The notes under the pieces are model-generated. The model saw only the letters and a program-made list of their open reading frames with translations. It had not been told where the DNA came from and searched no databases. A program made the translations under genes and the position numbers. From Monocercomonoides exilis PA203 (lineage: Eukaryota; Protista; Preaxostyla), in contig LSRY02000004.1 of the NCBI GenBank assembly GCA_001643675.2, forward strand, positions 1,984,001 through 2,048,000: a stretch of 64,000 bases of DNA, written 5' to 3'. This document shows, one piece after another, positions 27,101 to 40,100 of the stretch (position 1 is its first letter; each line of letters begins with the position of its first letter).

Positions 27101-28009
27101 GGAGGGAGTGGAGAAGATGACAGGATGATACGCCCAAGGAGGCAGAAAGGGGCTGATGGCTTTTGGACAACAGATTTTGAATCAGTGCCGTTTGACGAGC
27201 TGGACGAAGCAGCGGAGCATCTGGAGATTCAGAATGATATTGACTTTGGGTCTGGCTCGAATCTGATGTTAAGCCCAGCGATGATGAAGCACATGGTAAC
27301 AGTGGACAAGAGGCACCAGCAGATGCTCGAGTCGCGAAAGGAGTGGAAGATGCACTGCGAGCGGGTGAAGCAGATTCAGCAGAACGGACGCATTAATGAG
27401 TCATCCAGTGCAGCGCTTGCTGCAAAGAAGAAGCCTGTTTCATCTGTTGCATCCAAAGCAGAGGCGAGGCTGGCATCGCAGCGTGTGTCTGTTGACGAGC
27501 TGTCGCAGATACTCGAGGCGTCGCAGAAGGAGAAGATCGCGCAGCAGGCAGGCGAGGCAGCAACAGTGTTTGACAAGACAGCTGCATCGACAAGCGGATT
27601 TGCAGACGAAGTGTATCGGGACTCGATGATGCTTCTGCACAACATCGACGATCCGCTCTATCGCCTCCACCATTCGACAGTGGCTGCGCAGGAGAGTGTG
27701 AAGATGACGAATAAGATGGTCAACCTTGGCGGCACATTCATGTCGTACTCACCTGTGTTCAAGCAACTCGAAGAGGAGCCAATCAAACTCCCGAAGGCAG
27801 ATTCACTGCGAGTGGTGCCTCGTTCTTGGGTGAAAAAATTCGATCCTTCGCCTTTTGGCAGCTCATCCAGTACATCTCTTCTTGGCTCACATTCGTTCCA
27901 TTCGCCAAAATCTGTGCGAAGTCCGCAGTCTCCGCAGAGCATCCACCCACCACGCACTCCTTCACCACACAGCATCCTATCGACTCCTTTGTCTAAATCA
28001 ATGAGATGA
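21188..28009 (+). CDS. Large (~2240 aa) protein with N-terminal SDS22-like LRRs and a SAM domain
   Basis: Exon 21188-21262 splices in phase (intron 21263-21370) into the 2203-codon ORF. LRRs: LQELDLSHNHI, LMKLDLSFNEL, LRSLSITGNPL. SAM: WRAYDVAQWLGRIGLPQYAD...MTGFYLVTM...DLRVELNVQNPEHRHHMWQEIAKL (~26360-26550). Confidence 0.8.
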
Positions 28010-28457
28010 ATTTTTGAATGGAAAATGAAGTTATGCTTGTAACGTTTTCTATTTGTAATTATGTATGTGAAATTTTGTTATTATAATTTTTATTTTTTGA
28101 TTTCAATAACTTGGATTATTTATCTTTCAAGCGTTAGTTTTGTCTCATCTATTTATTTTGATAAAACCTTACAATTCTTTAAAATAACCCTGTTTCAGTT
28201 CCATAGACAATGTATTTGTATTAAAGGCAATTAAATGTTGTCGATGTTTGATATTTTGAATGAAGTGAAGGTGAAAGTGGAAGGGAAAGTTGTACAAATA
28301 TGATAAAAGCAAGAGAGAATTTCCAATATCAATGAAAAATACAACTTTTTGAAAGAAACAAGAAAAAAATACACAATTAAGAAGTGCAAGAATACATCAA
28401 AGAGAGCAGAGTGTAATGGTGACTGTATGTTTAAAATTTACTTGATTTTTTGATAAT

Positions 28458-30836
28458 TTACATGTTGAATTCATCATCGTCTTCCTCTCCGCCCATCATC
28501 GAAGAGCTTCCCCCCATCCAATCTCCATCCATCTCGTCCTTGTGCATATCATCGCTGTCTCCTTCATCACTTTGCATCATTCCTCTGCTCCCTGCTCCTG
28601 AGTTGCCTCTGCTTCCACTTCCTCTGCTGCTCTGCCGTGGTGCCTCTCTCGAATGTCCCCTTGCTGCTTCCCGTGAGCTCCCTCTCATCGCACCGCCCAT
28701 CCCAACTCCTGGCCCTCCCATCATCCCCATCCCGCCTTTCTCGTTCAGCCACTTCATCATCGTGATCGACCACTGCATCGACGTCTCATCTTTCTCGTCT
28801 GCGCGAAGTATCTGGATGACCTCTCTCAACTCTTCTTTCTTCTGCTCTGTCAGTGTTGTCTTCCCCGTGGACAGTTGGTAGAACACTCCCGCACAGCTCG
28901 CCCGCAGCCCTTCGCCAAACTCAGCCACACCTGGCTCCATCTGCTGCAGCTGCTCATACGCCTTCGCCGCAAAGTAAAAATGCCCTGTCTGGAAGCAATC
29001 AGTGGAGATTATCTGCAGCAGAGTGAATAGCTGCGAGTTCAGCGCAGAGACAGACGGAGAGCCTGCGCCGTCTTCTTCCCCGCCTTCCATTCTGTCTTTC
29101 TCTTCCTGCTTCTGAAGGAAGATGTCGTATGCCAGCTGCGGCTTGCCTGTCATGCAGCGGCAGCGCACCAGCCACTGGATGTAGTTCTCGTTCTCTCTTC
29201 TGATCCTTTCGTCAACCACTCTCAGGAGCATCTTCTCGGCCTTTTCGTACTTCTGACACATCGCCAGCGCTATGCCGTAGTTGAGTGCAAACACATCGTC
29301 GTTGGTGGAGAATTCTTCAATCGAATCGAAATACTTCAGAGACTCTCCGAACTTGCCCTGAAGGAACAGCGACGACGCCATCGCCTGTCTTCCAGGGATG
29401 GTGTCGCGTTCATCTGGATCCTGCCCCACAATCTCGAACTGATGTGCAGCAATCGTAAGGTTCTCTTCAGCCACAGCCATCTCATCCACCCTCGCAGCCC
29501 CGCCGCCCATGATGCGGGCAGCAACAGCAGCTCCAGTGGCAGGCGACTGTGCCAGGAGCGTGCAGACCACAGCTTTGACTTTGCTTTCGCTGAGACAGCG
29601 TGGTTCGTGGTCTCTCATCTGCGCAGCAGCATCAGGCAAAAGATCGTTGAAGAGATAGTACATCGTCAGGTTGACTTTGGCCTCGCGCAGTTCGTTCAGA
29701 AGAGGAGGAAGGACTTGCAGCGCACCTTCTCCGTTTTTGAATATGACTTTGTTGTGGGCGATGATGGAACGCATGGAAGGTGATGTGAATGAAGCGCGCT
29801 CTACTTGTTTCAGTATCTCCAGCGGTTGTTGGTGTTGTGGTGCTCTGCAATGAAGAATAGATGCATAAAGATTCAGTGCGATTGATGAACGAGGATCCTC
29901 TTTTAGATACGCCTCTGCCATTGCTTGAGCTTCTTCGTAAAATCGCAGCTTATAGTTGCACATTGCATGATATACTTTTATTGCATGAAAATCTCTGATT
30001 TTTTAAAGAAACATAGAGATAATTAATATTTACAAATATTTGTATCAACAAAAGAATCAGATAATAAAACAAACGGGTAATCTTTAATAAGTCCGTCATA
30101 AATGATCAATGCATCGTTGAATTTTTCTTTAACATAAAGGGATGCTGCTTCACAAAGCTGGTGATAAAGTTCGAATTGTGAATATATTTGGTTAAAAAGA
30201 TATGCATACACTATTATGAAGAGAATTTAAAGCAGCAACATCATTTCCTTCTGGACGAGTATTTAAAGTTGGAGGAGGCTTGTCATTTCGAATTGCAACA
30301 AAATATTTCAGTCTTTCCTTTAACTGGCATGGAGGTGATTGCTTGATCAGAGCTTGAGCTTCAGCCACCCTCCCGAGATATAAATTACAGCAAGCTACAG
30401 CAAGATTTGTTAAAAGATTTTTCTCGACTTTTTGCGCATTTTCATAATGCTACAAATAAAATAAAGGAAATAAATACAAATAAAAAATTGAACTTCAAGA
30501 AAAAATAACCTCAAGCGCTTTTTCGTAATCTCCAAGATGAAAATAGCAGTAGCCAAGCCATTGTTCAATTGGTTTTGATTCCTTGTACACATCCTTTGGT
30601 GTTGTTGTAACATGCGTTCCACTTCCGCTTAAGACCTTTAAAAGAAAGAAATCAAACAAAATAATGCAACACAAAAAATTCTGTAGCATTTCTCACACCT
30701 CTAAAAGCGTAATGGCCCCCATATAATTTCGAGTTGCAACAAATTCATCCAAGGTGGGCATCTTATCTTTTTTGTCCTTCTTTTTGGCTTTTGCTGGGTT
30801 TTTAGCTCTTGATGTTGTCTGCTTTGACAAATTCAT
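28458..30836 (-). CDS. IFT56: Intraflagellar transport protein 56 (TTC26/DYF-13)
   Basis: MPTLDEFVATRNYMGAITLLE; WLGYCYFHLGDYEKALE; AHNKVIFKNGEGALQVLPPL; DTIPGRQAMASSLFL; GHFYFAAKAY; EGLRASCAGVF are diagnostic IFT56 motifs. Several 5' introns. Confidence 0.95.
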
Positions 30837-31252
30837 CTATTTTTATACAAACAAAGTTTGATATGCTTATAATATAGATGTTTTTACCTCGAAAATATAC
30901 AAACCTGTTAAACTGTACAAAGACTTTGATGGGAAATGTGATCAATTGAGCGAAAAAAACCACTAAAATCATTTTGTTTCCTTTTTTGATTTTATTAATC
31001 TTTTTTTGAAATAAGCAATGCGTGATTTTTTCATCAAAAAATGTTATTATGTGACTGTTCTCAAATTTCAACATTATTTTCAAAAATTCTTTAATATTGG
31101 AATCTGTCATAAGAATAAAACAGCTCATTTGAACATTCCATTTCACAAGTCAAAGAGTTCTTTTTTTTGATGAAAATTTCCTAACAAATGAGTATTTTTT
31201 ATTCGTCATTTTCGTTTCATGTACCATTCTTATTTTTTGAGCATAAACTGTT
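30837..31252. promoter_or_regulatory. Putative bidirectional promoter IFT56/IFT144
   Basis: 416 bp between divergent ATGs of two IFT genes; TGATCA at 30939. Confidence 0.6.
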
Positions 31253-34200
31253 ATGAAGAATTTATTCACTATTCCATCTTCTGTGAATGGAAGAGGCGGA
31301 AAAATTCTTATGTCATGGCATCCAATGTCAATATACATTGCTGTGTGCGGTAGCAATTGTGTTGTTCACTTATTTCACAGAAGTGGTAATGAAATAGCTT
31401 CTTTTACTCTCCCAAGGTTTGCGAATTTTAATTAAAGTATAATTTTCCTGTACATATATAAATGATGTTTTTTGAAGCGCTTGCTTACAAATTGATTGGG
31501 ATAAAGATGGTGAGTATTTGGGTGTTCTGCCATCTTCGTCTACATCTATCATTCTTTACGAGGCATCAACAAAAGAGCAAATAAAAATTGATTGTGGATC
31601 AGTGGCTTCGTTTATGTGTTGGTCAAAAAATGGTCCTTTTCTTGCTATTGGTACAGAAAACGGAAATCTAATAATTTATAATAAAATTCTTCATCGTAAG
31701 AACATTATCAGAGGAGTCTTCACAAAGCGCATTCGTTGTGGATGTTGGAACTCTCGCAATTTGCTTGCATTAGGATCTGATGAGCATCGAATTTGCGTTG
31801 TGAACTCTGAAGGGAAAAGTGTTAAAACATTTATGAGAGATAACGGAACAGAAGAGATGGAATGGGGAGATGTTATGAGCACTGGAGCAACTCAAGGTGA
31901 TGTAAAGGAGCAAAGCTTAGTGGCTGTTGATCCAAAGGGCATGATATGCATTTACTTTAAACTGGAGCAAGAGATTATCATTGAATTGACTCAAACTTTT
32001 GGGAAATTAAATTCAGTCAGGTTTCCTAAGCTGAAACTTCACTTATTTTTGTTTCATTAATGATGAATATGTTTCTTTTTTTATAAAAACAATATTTGAT
32101 ATGAAATTCTAATATGTTATTAATGGATAAACTTCGTTTTCGTCTTTATTATAGATGGTTTGGGAATGGATACCTTTATATTGCCTATGAATCTGGAACG
32201 ATCCTTGTTGTTTCGACACACCCATCAGAAATCTCTAAAGTTATTCGGAGATTAACGCTTTTCAATCAACGACTCGTTGGATTTGCACTGCCTCCTCCAT
32301 CACGGCCTGGGATGATTGCGCTTGCTGGGGACACTTCAATCAAGTTTCTTTCACCTGACACTTTTCAGGACATGCCCTCAGAACGCATCCCCTTCGGCAC
32401 AGGCTTCGGCGCCCCGACTGGAGTGAGCTGGTCGCCAGACGGGCAGATTGTAGCAGCTGCAGCATCTGAAGGCTCTCTTTTGACTTTTATCGCGAACTTC
32501 CCCACACTCCATGCCACATACAGCAACCTGCTGGCGTACCGTTCGTCTCTGCGGGAGATCAGCGTGGTGGATGTGGCTGAGTGGGGCAGCGGCACTACGC
32601 CGACGGATGCGCTGGTGATTCCTGTGGAGCCTGAGCCTACAATGCTGTGTGTGGGGCCAGGGCACATTGCGGTTGCGATGAACAACCACGCGTGGATCTA
32701 CCGCTTCTTCGCGAAGGAGGAGAAGTCGTTCCTGGTGTTCGACAGAGACTACTCTGGATCTATCAAGCAGATGTGCATCAACGCGACACACTTTGCTGTG
32801 CTGATCGATTCCCGTGCGTATGTTATCGAGTTGGCTCAGAACACTCAGAATTCTGCTGCTCCATCAGCTTCAGCCACTCCATCGCCTTCTCCTCCTTCTC
32901 CACTTTCCCCACCTTCATCTTCAAGACAATCTTCTTCTTCTTCTTCTTCAACATCAAATGCCTCTCAATACCGCCTTGTAGAGAAAGGTTTGCGAGTGTT
33001 TCCTGAGCGAGGCGAAACAGCCGACGTGACAGCAGTAGCGCTGTGTGCAGACTTCCTCATCTACACCACGTCGTCTGGGAACATCGTCTACCACTCGCTG
33101 CTCGACTGGGGCGAGATCAACAACTACCGCTGCCCGACAGGCATCCGCAGCATCACCCCAAACACCATCGGCACACGCGTCGTCTGCTTCGACGTGGACT
33201 CGAAAGGATTTGTCTACTCTCCCATCACTGACGCCACCCTCCCTCTGCCCTCTGGAACACCCTTTGCTGAGACTGTGCTGTGGGATCAGTCAGACGCAGG
33301 GGTGTTTGTGGTGAAGACGGCATCGCGGCAGGAAGTCACCACAATTGTCTGCTCACCCGACATGTTTGGAGGCGCACGGGTTGTTTCAGCGGGAGTGACA
33401 ACTGTGCCACCTTACATGAATGTGGTAGCAATACACAGCGGATACATCCACTTCCAGTCTCCCTCAGGCGAATTGTTCCGCACCCAGCTGCAGTCGCACA
33501 ACCACCTCATTCTCGCTGCCTCTGCGGCGTCTGCGTCGGAGATCTCACACGACGTTGCCCTGCGCTGCTTCGAGCAGTGTATGGCGCTGTTCCGGCTGAA
33601 GGACGCGTGGAGTGTGCTGCTGAAGATGCACGACAGGCAGGCGATGGAGCGCTTTGCGCAGGTGGCGCTGCATCTCTTTGACATTCCTTATGCCACGCGC
33701 GCCTACCGCATACTTGGCGATGTGTCGATGGTATGTTTTCTGCTGCGGCTGAGCAACTGCGACGACAAGAACCTGCTCAGCGGATACATTGCGCTCCTCC
33801 ACGGCGACACCGATCAGGCGCAGCGGTTCTTCCTGAACTCGACGAATCCTGTGGCTGCCCTCGACATGCGGTGCGACACACTGCAGTGGGAGCAGGCGCT
33901 GCAGCTGGCGAGGCAGCTGGCACCAGAGCGCATCCCGTTCATCTCAGCTGAGTATGCCCAGCAGCTGGAAGTCAGGGGAGACTTCACAAAGGCATCGCAG
34001 CTCTACAAAAACGGGCTGACGGGCGGTGCGAACCCGACACACGATGCACTCTGCAGAGGAGGAATAGCACGGACAGCCATCAGAACAGGCGAGGTGCGAA
34101 AGGGCGTGGAGATGGCGGTGTCGCTGGGGAGCAGCGGAATCTGCTTGGAGTGTGCAGGAATCTTGGAGTCAATGAAGCTGACAGATGATGCAGCTTTCTT

Positions 34201-36886
34201 GTTTGAAAAAGGTGGAATGATTGAGAAGGCTGTGGAATTGTACTTGTCCACACGCAATTTGAGGGCGGTGCAGCCATTGATGAAGCAGATCAAGACTCCT
34301 CGACTGCATCTCAGGTTTGGAAGAGAAATGGAAAACGAGCGGCGATACGAAGAAGCTGTTGCAGCGTATCTTGTTGCAGGCGATTTGGGGAGTGTAGCCA
34401 GATTGTACATTGCCACAAACAACCTTCCTGCTGCCTTTGACTTGGTGCGTAACTCGCGCAGTGCAGAGGCAGCGCGCCTGCTGTCTGCACATTGCATCAA
34501 AGAGGAGATGTTTGGAGAGGCGATTGAGTTTCTGGTGGTGGCAAAGTGCTTCAGAGAAGCAACAGATGTGGCTAATGAGCACAACTGCATGGATTCGCTG
34601 GTGGAGGCGCTGATACACGCGGACGAGGACTTTATTGCGCGAAGAGAAGAGAAGAAGAAAGAAGAGGAAGAAGCTAAGGAGAAGAGGAGAGAGGAGAAAG
34701 AGAAGAGGAGGAGAAAAAGGGAGATGCTGCTTAAGAGAGGCATTGTTCCGGAGAATGCAGATGCTGATTTGCAGGATGAAGACGAGAGTGACGAAGAAGA
34801 TGACGACGAGCAAGACGGCAGCGGGAGGCGCTCGAAGAACTGGAAGCAGCGGAGGATGGAGCAGCTGCGGCGGAAGAGAGGCAAAGACGAAGACGAGCAG
34901 GATGCGTTTGTGCCTCCAGAGGAGTATTCGAAAGCAGCGAAGTTTTACGAGGCGAAAGGCGACATCAGCAAAGCGGCAGAGCTGTTTGCGCGGGCGGGGC
35001 AGTTCCATCGGTCGGTGAAGTACCATTTGCAAGTGGCATCGCGGGAGTCGATTGTGTCGATGATTGAGATTGTGGGCAAAGCGAAGAGCAACCTGCTGGA
35101 CGCAATGGTCGAGTCGTTCTTGCTCAATCCAGTCATCAAGACGAAGAACGAGGACGGGAATATGACGACGCAGAAGGCACCTGTGCTGCCAATCGACCTC
35201 TTCCGCTTCTACATGGCGATCGGGAACATGAAGCAGGCGGTGCACTCCGCACTGTCTGTCTCAGCGAAGGAGATGGACAACAAGAACTACAAAGCAGCCA
35301 GAGACTTCCTCTTCCACACAGAAACAGAGCTGAGGTCGAAGGCTGTGGCTGTTCCCCAGTCGCTGTCGAGGATGCTGAATCTGATACACAGCTACTTCCA
35401 GGCAAAGCAGTGGGTCAACCGCAAAAACGACTTCTTGGCTGCACGGCTGCTTATCCGGTGTGCCAAAAACATCTCCAAGTTCTCCTCGTTTGCTGTGCCC
35501 ATCCTCACCATGACTGTCATGGAGTGCCACCGCGCAGGGCTGAAGAAGAGCGCCTTTGAGTATGCCAGTCTGCTGATGCAGCCGCAGTATCACGAGCAGA
35601 TCGACGAGAAGCGGAAGAAGCCGATTGAGCAGATTGTGCTGAAGTCCAAATCACCAGTTGACTGCCCAGAGCCCTTCACGCCATGCCCTGTCTGTGCCAC
35701 ACACATTCCAGAGTCGTGTCTGTTGTGCTCGACGTGTCAGAGCCAGATTCCGATGTGCATTGTGTCTGGGCTGCACATGGTGAGGAGCGACTACTGCGAG
35801 TGCCCCAGCTGCCACTACCCGTTCCTCCTCTCTGCAGCACACGCCTATTTCAACGGAGAGAACGGCTGTCCTCTCTGCGATGCGTCCATTGTGCCTGAGC
35901 ATCTCTGTCTGGTGACTGAACCCACAATCCCATTCGGCCCTGCAAATCGATCGCCGTTTGGACAGCCCTCAGACGAGGAAGAGATGGACGAGGCAGGCGA
36001 GGCAGGGATGATGGGCGAAGGAGGAGAAGACGGAGGAGGAGGAGGAGGAGGCAGCGGCTCTGAAGGAGATTCAGCCCCGAAAAAGCCAGAGCCAGTGAGA
36101 CTGTCGCATTCGCAGCGCTCAGACACGAATTCTCCACTGGTGGCGTATCCAACAGCGCTGAAGCGGCCGATCTCGCAGCATCCAGAGACGATTGAGGAGT
36201 CTGTCGACAACACGATGAGTGCAGGCGAGATGCCTCTGTTCAATGCACTCCAGAGCCCATCGGCAGATGTTGTGCAGAATGAGTCGCAGGATCTGCTCAA
36301 AAAGAGAGAGAAGTCGCCTTCGACTTCGTCGCTTATCACACTCGTCGAAGGGAAAGACGTGTCTGTTGCACCGTCAAGCAGCCCTGCTCCGTCTGATCAT
36401 TCTCCTTATCCTCAACAACAACAGACACAACCACAACAGCAGCCACAGCAGATGGCTCCTCCACAAATTGCTCCGCCGATTCTCATTCAGCCTCCGCAGG
36501 TTGTTGGAGAAGGCATCTCTCCAAGTGAAGCTGGGGAAGATTATGGAGCAGAAGGAGATGGAGAATGGGAAGGAGAAGAAGAAGGCGAAGGCGAAGAAGA
36601 GTACTACGAAGAGGAAGAACAACAGCAGGGCGATTTGGAACAAGAAGATTATCAACAGTCGCCTCAGATTCAGATTATAACCAGCCAGCCACAGGGAATG
36701 ATTCAGGTGCTGTCTCCACACGATGCAGGAGAACAGACATTTGAAGAGGGAGACAACGAAGAGTATGAAGAAGGGGAAGAAGAATATGAAGGTGAAGACG
36801 ACGGATCTGGTGGAATGATTTCTCCTGACGATCCACTTGCTGCTCTTGTGGCTGCAAATGGAAAAATTGATGGAATAGAAATTTAA
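31253..36886 (+). CDS. IFT144: Intraflagellar transport protein 144 (WDR19/DYF-2), 3 exons
   Basis: WD40 N-terminus (IDWDKDGEYL, WSKNGPFLAIGTENGNLIIYN), VAMNNHAWIY, ALDMRCDTLQWEQALQLA, LIHSY, AARLLIR, ILTMTVMECHRAGLKKSAFEYASLLMQPQY, and C-terminal Cys clusters (CPVC...CIVSGLHM). Confidence 0.95.
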
Positions 36887-37113
36887 GTTCATTTCATAAA
36901 ATCGATCACATTCACGCATTTCACTGTTCACTTTCCACGAACCTCTGTCATATCGTTCTTAACGCTTAATTGTTTTATTTTTATATTTTTGTAATGAAGC
37001 TTGGAACAGCAACTGTTTTCTGTTATCAAAACTTTGATCTTCTTTTTCCATAGTTTAATTTTTTGTTACATAATACTCTTCTCTTCGAGCTTCATTGCGC
37101 TTTAATAACGTAG

Positions 37114-40100
37114 ATGCACATGACGTTTGAAGAAAAGCATGATAAAATACCTTCAGAAAGTAGAGATAATTCTCATCTTTCAATTCTTCAGTTGTACGAT
37201 TTAATGGATATATCTCCAAAAAAAGTCAAAAATGACTTGTTCAATTATCTGTTAGACAAGATGAAAACATTATTGGAAAGCTTGACTATTGAACAACAGG
37301 ATAATTTGCTTCGACTTTCGGTTCCTCAATTAATGAACGATCATCTTTCACCAATACCATTAGCACTTCTTGAAAAACGTCCAACAGCTGCAAGAGCGGA
37401 TGTTAAACAACTAATCATTTCAAATCCTGGATTTTTATGGAAAATTCCTGCTGCGGCTAGAGCGTATATATTTGAAAATGATATTCCTTTATTTGAAGCT
37501 GTTGTTTGCACAGAAATACGACGTTTTTGCTCTGAAATTTCTATAGCATGCATGCAAATTGATGTTCTAGACATTAAAATTTCGCAATATGTTCGGGAAA
37601 ACATGCCTTCGCTTGTTTCAATTCAAGATTCGTTATCTGAATCTCAAACATTATTCAAACATCTTCTTGATCTTCTTTTGCGAATTGATGAGCTCGAGAT
37701 TTTGCCGCGCAATGCACTTGCATCACTAAGAAGAACGTTTGCATCTCCTGCTTTTGGAAGGCTATTCTCTTCATCAGGCTCAAATGAAGGAGGAGCTGCC
37801 ATGTTTGGATCAAGTGATCCTCTTTCAACGTGGTTTTCATTGCTTGATTCTCTGGATGCAGCAACTCCGGATAAGCGGCAAGCTCTCAGCGGGTTTGTCT
37901 CTCAACTTCAAGCAAATATATCCGGACTTCTTCCTGCAACAGCACAAAATTCTTCACACACTTCACCTTATTCTGCAACATCTGCACTTCACTCGACATC
38001 TTCTTCATTGATGCAACAGCTGCGTCTTTTGCACCATCTTTCACTGTATGTTTCTGATCTTTCTCTTCGCGTGTCCGTCTTCCGCATGATTTCTGGCATC
38101 ATTCCTCTTCCAACAATCCGCGTGCTCCCATCTTCTTCCTATCCGTCTCGCCCTCAGCACAGCAAATCTCATTCTTTGCCTTCGGTTTCTCTTCTCTCTG
38201 CTGCTGCTTCTGTTACTGCTAGTGGTGTTGCGCCTTCTTTTGCAGCAAACCAGTCTGTGTCCTCGTCTGTGCTTTCTGCGCAGAACGATCCGAGAATGCA
38301 GAATGCGCTGGTGGTTGTGTCTTTGGGCGAGGAAGTGGCACACATTGCGCGTTTGAAGGAAAAGGAGGTGAAAGGAAGGCCAGAAAGAGAGGAGAAAGAG
38401 AGGAGGAGGAAGGAGGAGGAAATGGAGGCCGTGCGGCTGAAGGGCCAGGCTGAGCCGCAGCTGCATCAAACAGATAATTCTTTGGCTGATCCGTCGCTGC
38501 GCCTTCGGATGTGCTCACTGTCTCAGCTGTATTTGCACGTCATTCCTTTGCTTGTGGAGTTTGCTACTTCGAATTCCACACCAGGAATGGAGCTGTTGAA
38601 GGAAAACGATGTGAATCTTGTTTCCAACGTGGCTGCTGCACAAGAGCTGATTCTTGTGCATTTTCTGTCTCTTCTTAAGGACCTCCTCCAATACACTTCA
38701 ACATCGTCTGCTCCTCCTTTTTCCTCATCTTCAGTGTCTTCACACTTCTCATCTCATTCGTCTTATCCAGCTCACTCGCCTTCTGCTTCTCCTCCGCCAT
38801 TCCCATTCCCATCGCCTTCACCTTCACCCTCTCCTCCTCCTCTGTCTTCTCCAAATCCTTCCTCCTCTTCCTCTTCTTCTTCTTCATCTTCTTCCACACA
38901 CACAGTCACCTCTGATTTGTCTTCGAATCCTTGTCTTAAATTCTTCTTCCAATACAACAGGAATCCTCTGGGTGTATTCCTTCTTTCACCTTCTTCTCCT
39001 CTTCTCAGTCTTGTTAGTCGTTTTGCTCCTCACTTCCCCTGGTTTTTCTCATCACTTCTGTCCATCCTCTTTTCATTTCCAGCATTTAATCCTTTCAACA
39101 CATCAGCTTCTTCCTCTTCTACTTCTGTGCTGCAGACGCCTTCTTCATTTCTTCCTGCACCAATGTCTGCCTCAAACTCTTCTGGCTCGTCTTCTTCGCT
39201 TCCTTCTCTGTTTGCCTCGTGCATCGGATGCATATTCTCTTCTCTGCTTCTTCCTCTTTCTCTTTCCTCAACAGCTGCACTTCACTGTGCAATGTGTGTG
39301 TTGGCTGTGTTTCATGTCAAAGGCACCTTCGATTTGGGATGCCGCGAAGCTTGCAGAGCAGCTCTGAAGGAGATGGAAATGGCGAGAAAAGAGAAAGAAG
39401 GGGGGAAAAGAGCAGAGAAGGAAGGAGAAAACGGAGATATGCAGTCGAGTCTTGACGCTAATAAAGTAATGAAAAGCGAAGAGACACCAAGTTTAATGAA
39501 GGAGGATCCAGATAATGTTTATGTGAAGGACATCAAACAGGAGATAGAAGACTTTCGAAGCAAAGGGATGGAGACAGAAGATAGCAGCGAGCCTATTCTG
39601 TCTGGCGAGAAGAAGAGCAGCGAACAAGAAAATGTTCATGTTGAGGAAATGAAGCACATGATTTTTGATGCAAAGCAAGCTGCTGGTTGTGATGAAGGAG
39701 AAGAGGCAGGAAAGGAGAATCCGTTCAAAGACAAACAGGACGGAAGCTCTTCGCTGCCTTTCTTTGCGAACACTCAAATAGGGCAGCAGCAAAACCAGCC
39801 AAAGGGAGTGTATTTGTATGACCTGATGTTGGATCTGGTAGGCTCTGGCTATTTGAGGACACAGCAACTAGATGTGGATGCCTCGTTTAAAGAAATAATT
39901 CGTGATTCAATTCGGAAAAAGGGAGAGAAGAAAAAGAGAATGGTGAAATCAACCCATTCGTCTCCAAATAATGAAGATAATAGCAACCATCCAGTGAAAT
40001 CTGACACTTCATCTGAACTTGCAGAGAAAGCTGAGAAATCAGATACAGATTTATCCACAGTGAGTAGACAAAGTGGCAACATTACAAATGAAAAGGCAAA

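Noticed and set aside
22018-36339. Numerous 100-380 aa antisense ORFs within LRR-SAM, IFT56 and IFT144
   Set aside because: Expected by-product of GC-rich codon usage in long exons; no recognisable motifs.
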